Assembly (NCBI GenBank): GCA_030390025.1
Contig: CM059431.1
Span: 101,372,001-101,436,000, forward strand
Source of the DNA: Squalus acanthias
Taxonomy: Eukaryota
Length of the DNA stretch: 64,000 bases
Direction of reading: 5' to 3'
In this document: piece by piece, positions 26,652 to 37,591 of the stretch
Numbering within the stretch: the first letter of the stretch is position 1
Layout: each line of letters begins with the position of its first letter
Translations under genes and position numbers: made by a program
The notes under the pieces: generated by a model
Databases searched by the model: none
What the model was told of the DNA's origin: nothing
What the model saw: only the letters and a program-made list of their open reading frames with translations

Positions 26652-28529
26652 ATGGAGAGGGTGAGAGAACGCGCTCATCGCTTCACCGAGCGGGCCTTGG
26701 ATGCTCTGGTTGACGCAGTGGAGCGCAGACGATGTATGCTGTTCCCTGAGAGTGGCAGGAGGCCTTTGCCACGCGAGTTCAGAAGAGTGTGGAGGGAGGT
26801 GGCTCAGAGCGTCTCCTCCAGGAGCATGGTGCCCAGGACCCATACTCAATGCCGCAAAAAGTTCAACGACCTCACTCGGGTCGTCAGGGTGAGTGGCTTT
26901 TTCTCAATACCTCTCCATCCCTCCATCTCAACCTCACTCTATGGCCAGAGGGTCTTAAAACCCCAATGCACAACACTCATCCAACACCTATGGCCCTTTC
27001 ATCAAACACACACACACATTCCACACTTTGCATACAGTAAGGGCTATTCACCTATGGGAGGCACATCAGGCAAGACCATGGCTGTATACAGTAAGGGCTA
27101 TTCATCAATGGGAGGCACATCAGGCAAGACCATGGCTGCATACAGTAAGGGCTATTCACCTATGGGAGGCACATCAGGCAAGACCATGGCTGTATATTTA
27201 CTCAGATGCTGTCCTTTTTCTTGCAGGCTAAGCTGGCTCATAATAGGAGACAGCAGCAACGGACAGGTGGAGGGCGGCTTCAGCTGCAACCCCTCAGCGA
27301 TCTGGAGGAGCGCGTCCACAGGATTGTGGCAAGCCGGGTGATCGGTCCCGTCGCCACTGGAGACGCCGACCCCGTTCTGGACAGCAATGGTAAGGTCATC
27401 ACCTTTTTGTCCTCTGTCCTTCCACTTGTCCCTCACAACACCAGCCTTTGACACTTTCAATCCAACTTGCTAACTCGCTGCACTTATTCCTCCCTTACTG
27501 CCACCCTGTCCTCACGCTAAAGCCACTCTTGTACCTCCCTGCTTTCAGATGGTGATTCACCAGCTGAGGAGACGGGCCCTGAAGCTGCCACTGGGAGTGA
27601 TGCTGCAGCTGAGGAGGAAGAGGAAGCCAGAGCATCAGTGCCACCCTCTCCCGAGGAAGCCCATGCCCACACTGGGAACACGCCTTCCCCGGAGGGGAGC
27701 AGGGGGGAAGGGGCTGATGATGGTGAAGCTCCAGGACCCAGCGGGCTGCAGCAACGCCATGGGGGGGGGTAGGGAAGAACGGGGGCCTTCTCCCCAGAGG
27801 GAGAGTATGCCAGACACTCCTACTGCAATGGACGCAGAGGAGGAGCGGCTGATTGCAGAAATGAACAGCCAGGCGGTGGGCATGCACACTGAGCTCATGG
27901 GTGCAGTGGGAAGGGTGCCCGAATGCATTGAGTCACTGGCAAGGAATGTGGAGCACTTCGCTGTAGCACAGGCGGATGCCACACTAACGCTTAGTGCTGC
28001 AATTCAGTCACTGGCTGCCGTGATCCCACCTCTGACTGCTCTCATACAGACTCAGATGGAGGCCACGCGAGCACAGACTGCTGCCAACCTCGATGGTTCG
28101 TGCACATGTCCCCGGGGCTGTCACCGCGCCGCAGCAGGCCAGCAATCTGTTCTCCGGCAGATTGCTCCGGATGCTGAAGTGCTGCCCCGTGGGAGTGCCA
28201 GTGTGTCGGGCGAGCAGGGAGTTGCTGGCCTCTCTCACGATGACAGCATTCCTGCTGCCAACACTGTCACTTCTCCACTGCACTTGCCACCGCCTGTAGG
28301 ACAGACTGCTGCTGCCCATGCAGAGTTGGTGCAGTCTGCAGCCGGGCCCTCCAGGCCCAGAAGTGGTCGAGGCCGTCCTTCAGGGGCATCTGCAGTGTCA
28401 GGGTCTGACGAGCAGCAGCCTTCCACCAGCCTTGCTGCAGCCACTGAGGTCCCATTACGGAGGAGCAGTAGGGTTAGAAGGGGGGAAGTGCGCAAGGGAA
28501 GGAGATCACCCTCGAAGGGCAAAAAGTAG
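26652..28529 (+). CDS. Harbinger Myb/SANT(MADF/trihelix)-like DNA-binding protein; exons 26652-26888, 27227-27389, 27549-28529; one apparent +1 frameshift in the G9 run 27761-27769
   Basis: Exon 1 encodes RAHRFTERALDALVDAVERRRCMLF...WREVAQSVSSRSMVPRTHTQCRKKFNDL. GT-AG sites AGG|gtgagt, ttgcag|GCT, G|gtaagg, tttcag|AT have compatible phases. Exon 2 encodes AKLAHNRRQQQRTGGG. Acidic low-complexity region, then an Ala/Gln-rich helical segment and a basic C-terminus. Confidence 0.8.
27030..27195 (+). repeat. Three tandem copies of a 54-bp unit inside intron 1 of the Harbinger Myb-like gene
   Basis: Unit gcatacagtaagggctattcacctatgggaggcacatcaggcaagaccatggct repeated three times. Confidence 0.9.
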
Positions 28530-28823
28530 GAGGTGTGACAAAATGCTGGTCATTCTTTTATTAAAGGCCGAGGTTCGTGGTCCAACTTTTGTTTAGTGTT
28601 TTGGACATTATCTCCAGGTTGTGAGAACCAGTTATGTTATTGACTGTTTTTTTGTGTTTATTTCTATGAGTTTGTCATGAGGAATTGACACACACAGAGT
28701 TTGTAAAATAAATAAGTTTCTGTATTCAAAATATACATGGCTGGTGGTTGGAATTATTGGTGCCTTGGCCGGCTTAGGGGTTGCGTGCTGGGTTGATTAG
28801 TGTTTGTAGCAATGGCAGGGGCC

Positions 28824-29975
28824 CTAGAAGCGGCTTGCTATTAGTCGTTGACGGACGGCCCTTGCAGTTTGACCATTGTGGGCCGCCCTCCTGCCTTGGT
28901 GCTGCTGATGATCATCGTCCTCGTCCTCTTCCTCCTCCTCCTCTGGTGGTGCTACAAGGCCTGGTGGCATTGGCTGGGTCCTGAGGATTGCCATGTTGTG
29001 CAACATGCAGCACACGACTACGAAGTTCGAAACTTGCTCAGGCGAGTACTGCAGGGCTCCTCCGGAATGGTCCAGACAGCGGAACCGTTGTTTCAGCACG
29101 CCGATTGTGCGCTCAATAATGTTCCTGGTTGCTTGATGGCTTTCATTGTACCGCAGCTCAGCAGGGGTGTTTGGCGTACGGAGCGGTGTCATCAGCCAGG
29201 TGCTCAATGCGTACCCCTTGTCCCCGAGAAGCCAACCAACTGGCTGATGCGGTGCCTCGAAAACTTCTGCCACAGTAGTCTGGCGCAGGATGAAAGCATC
29301 GTGGCAGCTGCCCGGATAGAGGGCATTGACAGCGAGTATCACCTGTCTGTGGTCACAGACCAACTGCACATTCAAGGAATGGAACCCCTTTCTGTTCCTG
29401 AATTCCTCTGCATTCTCTCGCGGAGCACGCAAAGCCACATGCGTGCAGTCAATGGCGCCCTGCACCATGGGGAAGCCCGCTACCCTCGCAAAGCCCAGAG
29501 CACGGTCACGCTGCTTGTCTGGGGTCATAGGGAAAGAGATGAAGTCTCGTCTCCTTCTGAAGAGGGCATTGGTGACCTGCCGGATGCAGCGATGCACCGC
29601 AAACTGGGAGATATTGGCGAGGTCCCCAACAGCAGCTTGGAATGAGCCAGTGGCGTAGAAGTTCAAAGCCACTGTGACCTTCACTGCCACCGACAGAGAC
29701 GTCCTGGACCTCAGCTGAGGCTGCAGATCTGGCTGCAGCAGGTGGCAGAGCTCAGTGACCACCTCCTTGCTGAATCGCAGCCTTCGCAAACACAGCTCCT
29801 CGGACATATGGATGTAGGAGAGCTGTTCACGATATACCCTGGGAGGGTAAGCTCTCCTGTACATGCGCCTGATGGCCCTCCTCCGTCTGGCCATCATTGC
29901 CACTCTCTCTCTGCGTCTCGGTATCCTCCGATTCACCTGGAGCAGGACGACGCCCCCAATCAGTGCAGCCCCCAT
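28824..29975 (-). CDS. Harbinger DDE transposase (HARBI1-like), 383 aa from ATG 29975, intact ORF
   Basis: Motifs [94 protein letters not shown] box upstream on the minus strand (~30148-30155). Confidence 0.93.
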   Translation of the reverse strand: MGAALIGGVVLLQVNRRIPRRRERVAMMARRRRAIRRMYRRAYPPRVYREQLSYIHMSEELCLRRLRFSKEVVTELCHLLQPDLQPQLRSRTSLSVAVKVTVALNFYATGSFQAAVGDLANISQFAVHRCIRQVTNALFRRRRDFISFPMTPDKQRDRALGFARVAGFPMVQGAIDCTHVALRAPRENAEEFRNRKGFHSLNVQLVCDHRQVILAVNALYPGSCHDAFILRQTTVAEVFEAPHQPVGWLLGDKGYALSTWLMTPLRTPNTPAELRYNESHQATRNIIERTIGVLKQRFRCLDHSGGALQYSPEQVSNFVVVCCMLHNMAILRTQPMPPGLVAPPEEEEEEDEDDDHQQHQGRRAAHNGQTARAVRQRLIASRF

Positions 29976-30738
29976 ATTCTCTTTGCCAGAAAAGTAATGA
30001 GGTACAGCAACTGAAGTAGCAACAAAGTTAGGATGAATAGGCAAAACTACCTCACAAAGCGTTGAGTCAATGTAGAAGTCTCTCTCTCTCTCTCAGAACG
30101 AGTGGTGCATAAATGTCGACCACAGAAAAAGACAGGAAGAGGCCCCCTTTAAATAGCGCCCCCCCCAGCCCCACACCGATTGATAGCGTTCCAGTCTTCC
30201 GGTCGTTGGAAGCGCCACTCAATTTCCGCTCCGGGGCGCCCCAAGGGCGTTGCACCATGGAATGACGTCATAATCTGCGCGCGCAGGTGGTCGCAGCGGT
30301 AAGTTTTAGCGCCGCCGCACAATCTCAAGTTAAGTTCTTGAGCGGCGCAAACATCGCTGCGCCCGGGCGTTAACGGCTTAACGTCCCTTTAGCGCCCTCT
30401 TAAGGCGCTAACGGGAGGCGCAACCAAGTGAATTTTTACCCCATGGAATCTTAATTATTAAGGAATTTCTTAATCAATATATGTTTATCTTCTTACTTGG
30501 CTTGTTTTAATAATTACAAGTTTTGTGTGTGACTATGAACAAATGTGTCCTGATTGGTTGGATGAGTGGATGAGCGATTAGCTCCCTCTATTGGTGATGT
30601 AGCGTCGTGCGTGCACAGGTCATGCTTCCATCACATGGAGCATCAGGAAAAATTTACTCACCCTGGCCTGTTGCAATCGTGCTGATCGACCGCAGTTCGA
30701 CACAGAGACGAATGCCCTTTATTTCTCTGCATAGAACA

Positions 30739-33409
30739 ATGCCACGTTTACCGTCGGATGTGTGTAAGCATTTTACCCCAGGCATTAAAGATGGAAAGAC
30801 TGTGTACATGTGCAAACACTATACAAAGCCATATGTAAAGAATGCCACAAAGATGCAGCAGCATTTATCCAAATGCAACAACTTCACTCAAAGCTCACAG
30901 CAGTCAGCCCAGAGTTTCTCTGCTTCCATTCAACACGACTCGCCTTCAAGCAGCCGTCTAACCTCAAAAGTACCATCGTTCGCAGCAGATTACCCATCTT
31001 TCAGGAGAACAGCAACCACGACACCACACAACCCTGCCACGGCAACCTTTGCAAGACATGCCAGATCATGGACACAGATACCATCATCACACGTGAGGAC
31101 ACTACCCACCAGGTACATGGTACATACTCATGTGACTCGGCCAACGTTGTCTACCTGATACGTTGCAGTAAAGGATGCCCCGGAGCATGGTACATCGGCG
31201 AGACCATGCAGACACTGAGACAACGTATGAACGGACACCGCGCAACAATCGCCAGGCAGGAGGGTTGCCTCCCAGTCGGGGAACACTTCAGCAGTCAGGG
31301 GCATTCAACCTCGGATCTGCGGGTTAGCGTTCTCCAAGGCGGCCTTCGGGATACACGACAGCGCAAAATCATAGAGCAGAAACTGATAGCCAAGTTCCGC
31401 ACTCATGAGGATGGCCTCAATCGCGATATCGGGTTCATGTCACGGTACAGAACGTGACTTGACATCATGGCCGGTCTTTCCAGCCTTTTTTAAAAAAAAA
31501 ACTAACACAAGAACCAAACTCAATTGCAGAGGATATGCAGCCAGCAGGTGTTTTGACACGTTGGACCCCCTGGGGCACATCTCATTGTCTTGGCTGTGCT
31601 CTTAGTGTGTCTTTGATGTAGGGAAAGATTTGAATACATTTTTTCTGTGTTTATATTGTGAATTCTGGGAGATTCTCTCACAGCTACTCTACCTGAGGAA
31701 GGGGCGACAGCTCCAAAAGCTTGTAATTTTAAATAAATCTGTTGGACTAGAACCTGGTGTTGTGCGACTTCTCATTTTTGTCCATTCAAGAAGATGATGG
31801 TTCACATTCAGCATCAGGCTCCTTATCATCAGCAACTCCTGGCCCACTTGGAAGGTTCTTTGATACAATGGATAACCATAGCCAGAAGAATGCAGATGAG
31901 TGCCTTGCTCGAGCTGTATATGCGACAGGCTCACCCCTCATGCTCACAGCCAATGTGTACTGGAAGAGATTTTTCAATGTTATTCGCCCTGCATACTGTC
32001 CTCCCACCAGACATGCTTTGTCTACCTATTTGCTGGAGGCTGAGTATAACAGAGTCCAAGGAAAGCTCAGAGAAACAATAGAGATGGCAGACTGTGTTGC
32101 AGTTATCTCAGATGGGTGGTCAAATGTACGAGGGGAGGGCATCATAAACTACATCGTCTCCACTCCTCTCCCAGTGTTCTTCAAGAGCACAGACACGAAG
32201 GACAACAGACACACAGGCACATACATTGCTGATGAGCTGAAAGCGGTCATCAACGATCTTGGATCACAAAAGGTCTTTGCAGTAGTTACTGACAATGCTG
32301 CGAATATGAAGGCTGCTTGGGCTCAAGTGGAGGAGGCCTACCCTCATATTACGTCTATTGGGTGCGCAGCTCATGGGCTCAACCTGCTCCTCAAGGACAT
32401 CATGGGTTTGAGAACCATGGAAACACTGTACAAGAGAGCCAAGCAAGTTGTTCAGTATGTCAGGGGAAAACAGGTAGTTGCAGCAACCTACAACTCCAAG
32501 CAAACAACAAAGAACAAGAACACCACACTGAAGCTGCCCAGCAACACTAGATGGGGTGGCGTTGTCATAATGTACAACAGCCTTCTGGAGGGTAAGGAGT
32601 CGCTGCAAGAAATGGCAATATCCCAGTCTGGGGATATGGAAACCACCATCAAGAAAATACTGCTGGATGATGTGTTTTGGGAGAGAGTGGTTAGCAGCCT
32701 TAAACTACTCTCACCAGTAGCATCTGCAATTGCTCAGATTGAAGGAGAGGACGCTGTCTTGTCAGATGTTCTCAGGCTTTTTGCTGATTTAAAAGAACAA
32801 ATCAGCATTGCCCTACCCACATCCCTGCTGCTCAAAGCAGAGGAGAAGGCAATTGTTCAATTCATACAGATGCGTCAAGAATTTTGTGTCAAGCCGATTC
32901 ATGCTGCAGCATACATGCTGGACCCAAAGCATGTTGGGAGACCAATACTTTCTGGAGAACAGATCAACAGCGCTTACAGTGTGATTTCTACCCTCTCACG
33001 CCACCTCAATCTGGACATGGGCAAAGTTCTGGGAAGTCTGGCAAAGTTCTCTACCAAGCAAGGTCTTTGGAATGGGGACGGGATATGGGAATCATGCAAG
33101 CATATCAGTGCACATACCTGGTGGAAGGGACTTTGTGCATCTGAGGCCCTGTCACCCATTGCATCAGTGATACTCCAAATCCCACCTTCATCAGCGGCCT
33201 CTGAACGAAACTGGTCACTTTTTGGGAATACGCATACAAAGGTGCGGAACAGGTTGACTAACAAGAGAGTGGAGAAACTGGTGGCTATCCGGGCGAACCT
33301 ACAACTTATTGAGCCAGATACAGAAGTGTCCACCACACAGCTAGACAGTGACACAGAGGAGGAAATGGACACGTCAAAGCCAGAGTCAGAGAATCAGGAG
33401 GAGCAATGA
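30739..33409 (+). pseudogene. hAT transposase (BED finger + DDE core + C-terminal dimerisation domain), split by the Penelope insertion; join 30739..30933 + 31790..33409 = 604 aa
   Basis: N-terminus MPRLPSDVCKHF...MCKHY...HLSKC (BED-like). Core motifs SDGWSN, VTDNAANM, CAAHGLNL, TRW, LDP, WW, PPSSAASERNWS, RNRL. In-frame after removing the insert and one TSD copy (…ASIQ|EDDG…). Confidence 0.9.
30934..31780 (+). mobile_element. 5'-truncated Penelope-like element (GIY-YIG endonuclease + 3' pseudo-LTR)
   Basis: ORF with CDSANVVYLIRC...WYIGETMQTLRQRMNGH...HF...GLN; 9-bp TSD tccattcaa (30925-33, 31781-89); degenerate hammerhead motif at ~31690-31725. Confidence 0.9.
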
Positions 33410-36400
33410 TGAGTAGAAGACTCAGAAGACTCATGAGTAGAAGACTCAAAGGGACAAAATAAGAACAAATTACAGGCTAAATAAGCTGACGCTCTTTTTA
33501 TTTTATTTTAGATGGGTCTTTTTTGTGGGGGTTCAATAAAGTTCAAAATTATAACCTAAATAAAGTTTTGAAAGCCTGTTTTTATTTGTATGGAACAGTA
33601 TGTCTATTTTGATGACAAAGATAATATAAGGGTCAGAGACAAAAACCATCAGTGTGTAAAAAAACTCAAAATTCCCATAAATTCCCCAAATTCCCATAAA
33701 TTCCCGAAAATTCCCATGGAAAGTTTCCTCTTTTAAAAATTCCCGGAATTTTGCAACCCTGTAACTCACTGTGCCAAACATTTAATCATTTTTCAACCTT
33801 CACATCCGTTCATTCATACAGTTCAGCTGATTTTTGGTCTTCTATAGGAGTCAGGTATGAAACTGAACAATTTAACTGATACTTGAACACATACTTGTGT
33901 CCAACTTTGGTACATTTTTATATTCATTCTCGGGGTGTGGGCGTCGCTGGCAAGGCCAGCATTTATTGCCCAAACCTAATTGCCCTCGAGAAGGCACATA
34001 CATTGCTGATGAGCTGAAAGCGGTCATCAACGATCTTGGATCACAAAAGGTCTTTGCAGTAGTTACTGACAATGCTGCGAATATGAAGGCTGCTTGGGCT
34101 CAAGTGGAGGAGGCCTACCCTCATATTACGTCTATTGGGTGCGCAGCTCATGGGCTCAACCTGCTCCTCAAGGACATCATGGGTTTGAGAAAGTGGTGGT
34201 GAGCCGCCTTCTTGAATCGCTGCAGTCTGTGTGGTGAAGGTACTCCCACAGTGCTGTCAGGGAGAGAGTTCCAGGGTTTTGACCCAGCGACGATGAAGGA
34301 ACGGCGATATATTTCCAAGTCAGGATGGTGTGCGACTTGGAGGTGGTGGTATTCCCATGCACCTGCTGCCCTTGTCCTTCTAGGTGGTAGAGGTCGCGGG
34401 TTTGGGAGGTGCTGCCGAAGAAGCCTTGGCGAGTTGCTGCAGTGCATCTTGTAGATGGTGCACACTGCAGCCACGGTACGCCGGTGGTGGAGACAGTGAA
34501 TATTTAAGGTGGTGGATGGGGTGCCAATCAAGCGGGCTGCTGTGTCTTGGATGGTGTTGAGCTTCTTGAGTGTTGTTGGAGCGGCACTCATCCAGGCAAG
34601 TGGAGAGTATTCCATCACACTCCTGACTTGTGCCTTGTAGATGGTGGAAAGGCTTTAGGGAGTCAGGAGGTGAGACACTCGCTGCAGAATACCCAGCCTC
34701 TGACCTGCTCTTGTTGCCACAGTATTTATGTGACTGGTCCAGTTAAGTTTCTGGTCAATGGTGACCCTCAGGATGTTGATGGTGGGGGATTCGGCAATGG
34801 TCAAGGGGGGCGGGAGTTGGTTGGACTCACTAACTCTATTAATTTTGTTCTCTACTCTACCGACACATCCTAGATAAGCGGTTGAAAAGCAGGATATCTA
34901 TGTGGATGGCGCAAAATGTGTGGCAGAGGGTGATATTTTTCAGTAAGATCTGGAATTACTCAGCAAGTAGGCTAAGAATTGGTATTGATGGGCAGATAAA
35001 AAGCTCACAGAGATGATAAAATGAACAGTCATGCATTGCTCATGCTGGAGGAGAGAAGTAAAGATTTGGGAGTACTTCTTCAAAGATGTCTCTGCTGTGG
35101 AAAATGATGCTTAATAAGGCTAACAAAACACACAGATGCAGTGCCCGAAGCATTGAGTACAAGTCCGAGAATGTCATATTAGCTCTCACCAATAAAGCTG
35201 AGATTATGGGGAAGAGAGCATTCAGGGATTTTTTAAATAATGAAGGGAGTAAATAAAGTAGATGTCATTAAAATTTGGGAATTCAGTCAAGATTGTAACA
35301 CAAGAACGTACTTTCAAAATACGAAGTCAATTCCTGAGCAAAAGGCTCACCCATCTTGACTGTGAGATCGTAGAATGAGCTATCAAGGAGTGGTCAAGGC
35401 GAATAGCACAGATGCATTTAAGGGCAAGCTAGATAAACACATGAGGGAGAAAAGAATAGAAGGCTATGCTGATGGGGTGAGATGAAGAGGAGTGGGAGGA
35501 GGCTGGTGTGAAGCATAAACACCGGCACCGACCAGTTGGGCCGAATGGTCTGTTTCTGTGGTGTAAATTCTGTGCAACTTAACCGACAGACTTATATACT
35601 CTGCACTGCACCACTTTAAAAGGGAACTGGACTTGAATCACGTTGCAGGAGGATGTGGAAAGAGTACTTGATGAAATTTAGGACAAGGTAATAATAGATG
35701 TCTTTGTGGTTTGAAGAGCTTCCTGCAGCACTTTCTCTCACTCAACAGGCTCTTGCATTTGAACAACAACTTTGGCCTTCTTTTACAAGAAAGTAGCTAT
35801 CTAATATCGTCTCCCTCCGACCTTTGCCTCCATTGGCACGGGTAAGTCGTCTCCTTCATTTCCCCATTATGAATTATGCTACTCTCAGGATGGAATTTAC
35901 TTCAAAAAAAGGTCCCAAGACTATTACAGAACTTTGAAAATCAACACAACATATACATATGCTGCAGTGTGTGCTATTTACAAGATGCACTGCAGCAACT
36001 CGCCAAAGCTCCTTCGGCAGCACCTCCCAAACCCGCGGCCTCTACCACCTAGAAGGACAAGGGCAGCAGGCGCATGGGAACACCACCAACTCCAAGTTCC
36101 CCTCCCAGTCACACACACCATCCTGACTTAGAAATATATTGGCCGTTCCTTCATCGTCGCTGGGTCAAAATCCTGGAACTCCCTCCCTAACAGCGCTGTG
36201 GGAGCACCATCACCACACGGACTGCAGCGGTTCAAGAAGGCGGCTCACCACCACCTTCTCGAAGGCAGTTAGGGATGGGCAATAAATGCTGGCCTTGCCA
36301 GCAACGCCCACATCCCATGAATGAATAAATTAAAAAAATACTTGCTTAATATTTACATATTTGCTTAAATTTGACATTATTGAGGCTCTGCAACTAATTT

Positions 36401-36421
36401 AGAGTCACATTTTAATTCACA

Positions 36422-37162
36422 GGGCCGGAATTTGCGGTGGGTAATAACTGTGAACTAGCTGCGTTCGCTGTTTTTACTCCTTTGAAACTGACCGCTACTT
36501 CAGGACATAGCGCATGCACATCTAATCGCAGAAATCCTGAAGTTGCGGTCAGTCATTCACTGCTCCGACACTGGCTGCGCTGTGGCTCCCCCCAGAGCCG
36601 GCAATCAGTGGAACTGACGAAAACTTGGGCTTTTCCGTGGTAATATCGCTGTTAAATACCCCATTAAATGTTAGACCTTGTTGTAATAGGTGCAACTGGG
36701 GTTTTAACAGCGTATTGACTGCTAGACAAACGTTCTGGCCCTGAAAAACTAATTATTATATTTGTGGAGTGTCAAATTTCTCCATTATAATAAAAATTAA
36801 AATTTTTTAAAAACTTTTAAAAAAAAGTTTTAAACTTTGTTCATGATATTTCAGCTTCTACCTTATTCCCATGTGAGAGTCCCAATCTTTGATTCGCTTT
36901 CTGTAACATTTTTAAAAAGTCCGGATAAAAGCAGGTTCTCACTTTCTGTCTGTGAGAATTCTGCAATGTGATTGGCTGCTCAGACAGCTTGTTGACGTCA
37001 CTGCAGCATCGCACTAGGAATTTCCACTGCAGAGCGCTGCAATCACTTGCGCATCAACAAAGGCAAACTTCTCACAACAGAGATTGCGAGATCTTAGGGG
37101 CAGCTTTCTGCGGGGCCAGCGGCGAACACCTTTGCTTCGCCGCTGACCGCAAATTACGGGCC
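36422..37162. mobile_element. MITE (probably Harbinger-type), copy A
   Basis: Imperfect TIR GGGCCGGAATTTGCGGT / ACCGCAAATTACGGGCC; 3-bp flanks aca/act; homologous to 37592-38347 in the opposite orientation. Confidence 0.75.
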
Positions 37163-37221
37163 ACTATCTTCAAAACTGGTCACTTCCATCATTATATTTT
37201 GACTTTAATGGAATGAAAGTA

Positions 37222-37547
37222 TTCACAGAATCACAGAATCCCCACAGTGCAGATAGAGGCCATTTCGGCCCATCGAGCCTGCACCGACACATATCCCACC
37301 CTATCCCCGTAACCCCACGTATTTAATCCCCCTAATCCCCCTAACACTAAGGGTCAATTTATCATAGCCAAATCAACCTAACCCGCACATCTTTGGACTG
37401 TGGGAGGAAACCGGACACCCGGAGGAAACCCACGCAGACACGGGGAGAATGTGCAAACTCCACACAGACAGTCACCTGGGGCCGGATTCGAACCCGGGTC
37501 CCTGGCGCTGTGAGGCAACAGTGCTAACCACTATGCCACCGTGTCGC
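37222..37547 (-). mobile_element. V-SINE (HE1-like) tRNA-derived SINE
   Basis: Head ggtggcatagtggttagcactg...ggttcgaatcc; V-domain gtggagtttgcacattctccccgtgtctgcgtgggtttcctccggg; CR1-type 3' tail (attctgtg)n. Confidence 0.82.
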
Positions 37548-37591
37548 CTTAATATCCTTTGGAACTAAGGCTTCCACAGCCTGGAAACACT

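Larger units (their letters stand above)
26293..30442. mobile_element. Harbinger/PIF transposon, full-length two-gene type (4150 bp)
   Basis: TIRs GGGGTAGAAATT / AATTTTTACCCC; 3-bp TSD ATG (26290-92, 30443-45); convergent Myb/SANT-like and DDE transposase genes; repeated GGCGCTAA subterminal motifs. Confidence 0.95.
26143..33761 (+). mobile_element. hAT-superfamily DNA transposon, interrupted by a Harbinger and a Penelope insertion
   Basis: TIRs TAGGGTTGCAAA / TTTGCAACCCTG; 8-bp TSD taactcat (26135-42) / taactcac (33762-69); subterminal aaattccc/gaaattt repeats; internal hAT transposase. Confidence 0.92.

Noticed and set aside
28824..30044. Domesticated host gene HARBI1 (and NAIF1/MSANTD for the partner gene)
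   Set aside because: Bounded by TIRs and a TSD, nested in another transposon, with related non-autonomous copies nearby; it is a transposon.
31688..31727. Functional hammerhead ribozyme
   Set aside because: The core is mutated (CUGAGGA…AAAA instead of GAAA) and stem I is weakened; probably inactive.
31757..33409. Stand-alone 550-aa ZBED-like host gene
   Set aside because: The ORF-track start lies in Penelope tail sequence and is not an ATG; the real N-terminus is at 30739 and the gene lies within hAT TIRs.
37480..37547. tRNA gene (also the heads at ~49950, ~61205, ~43735)
   Set aside because: A/B boxes run directly into SINE bodies; these are tRNA-derived SINE heads.
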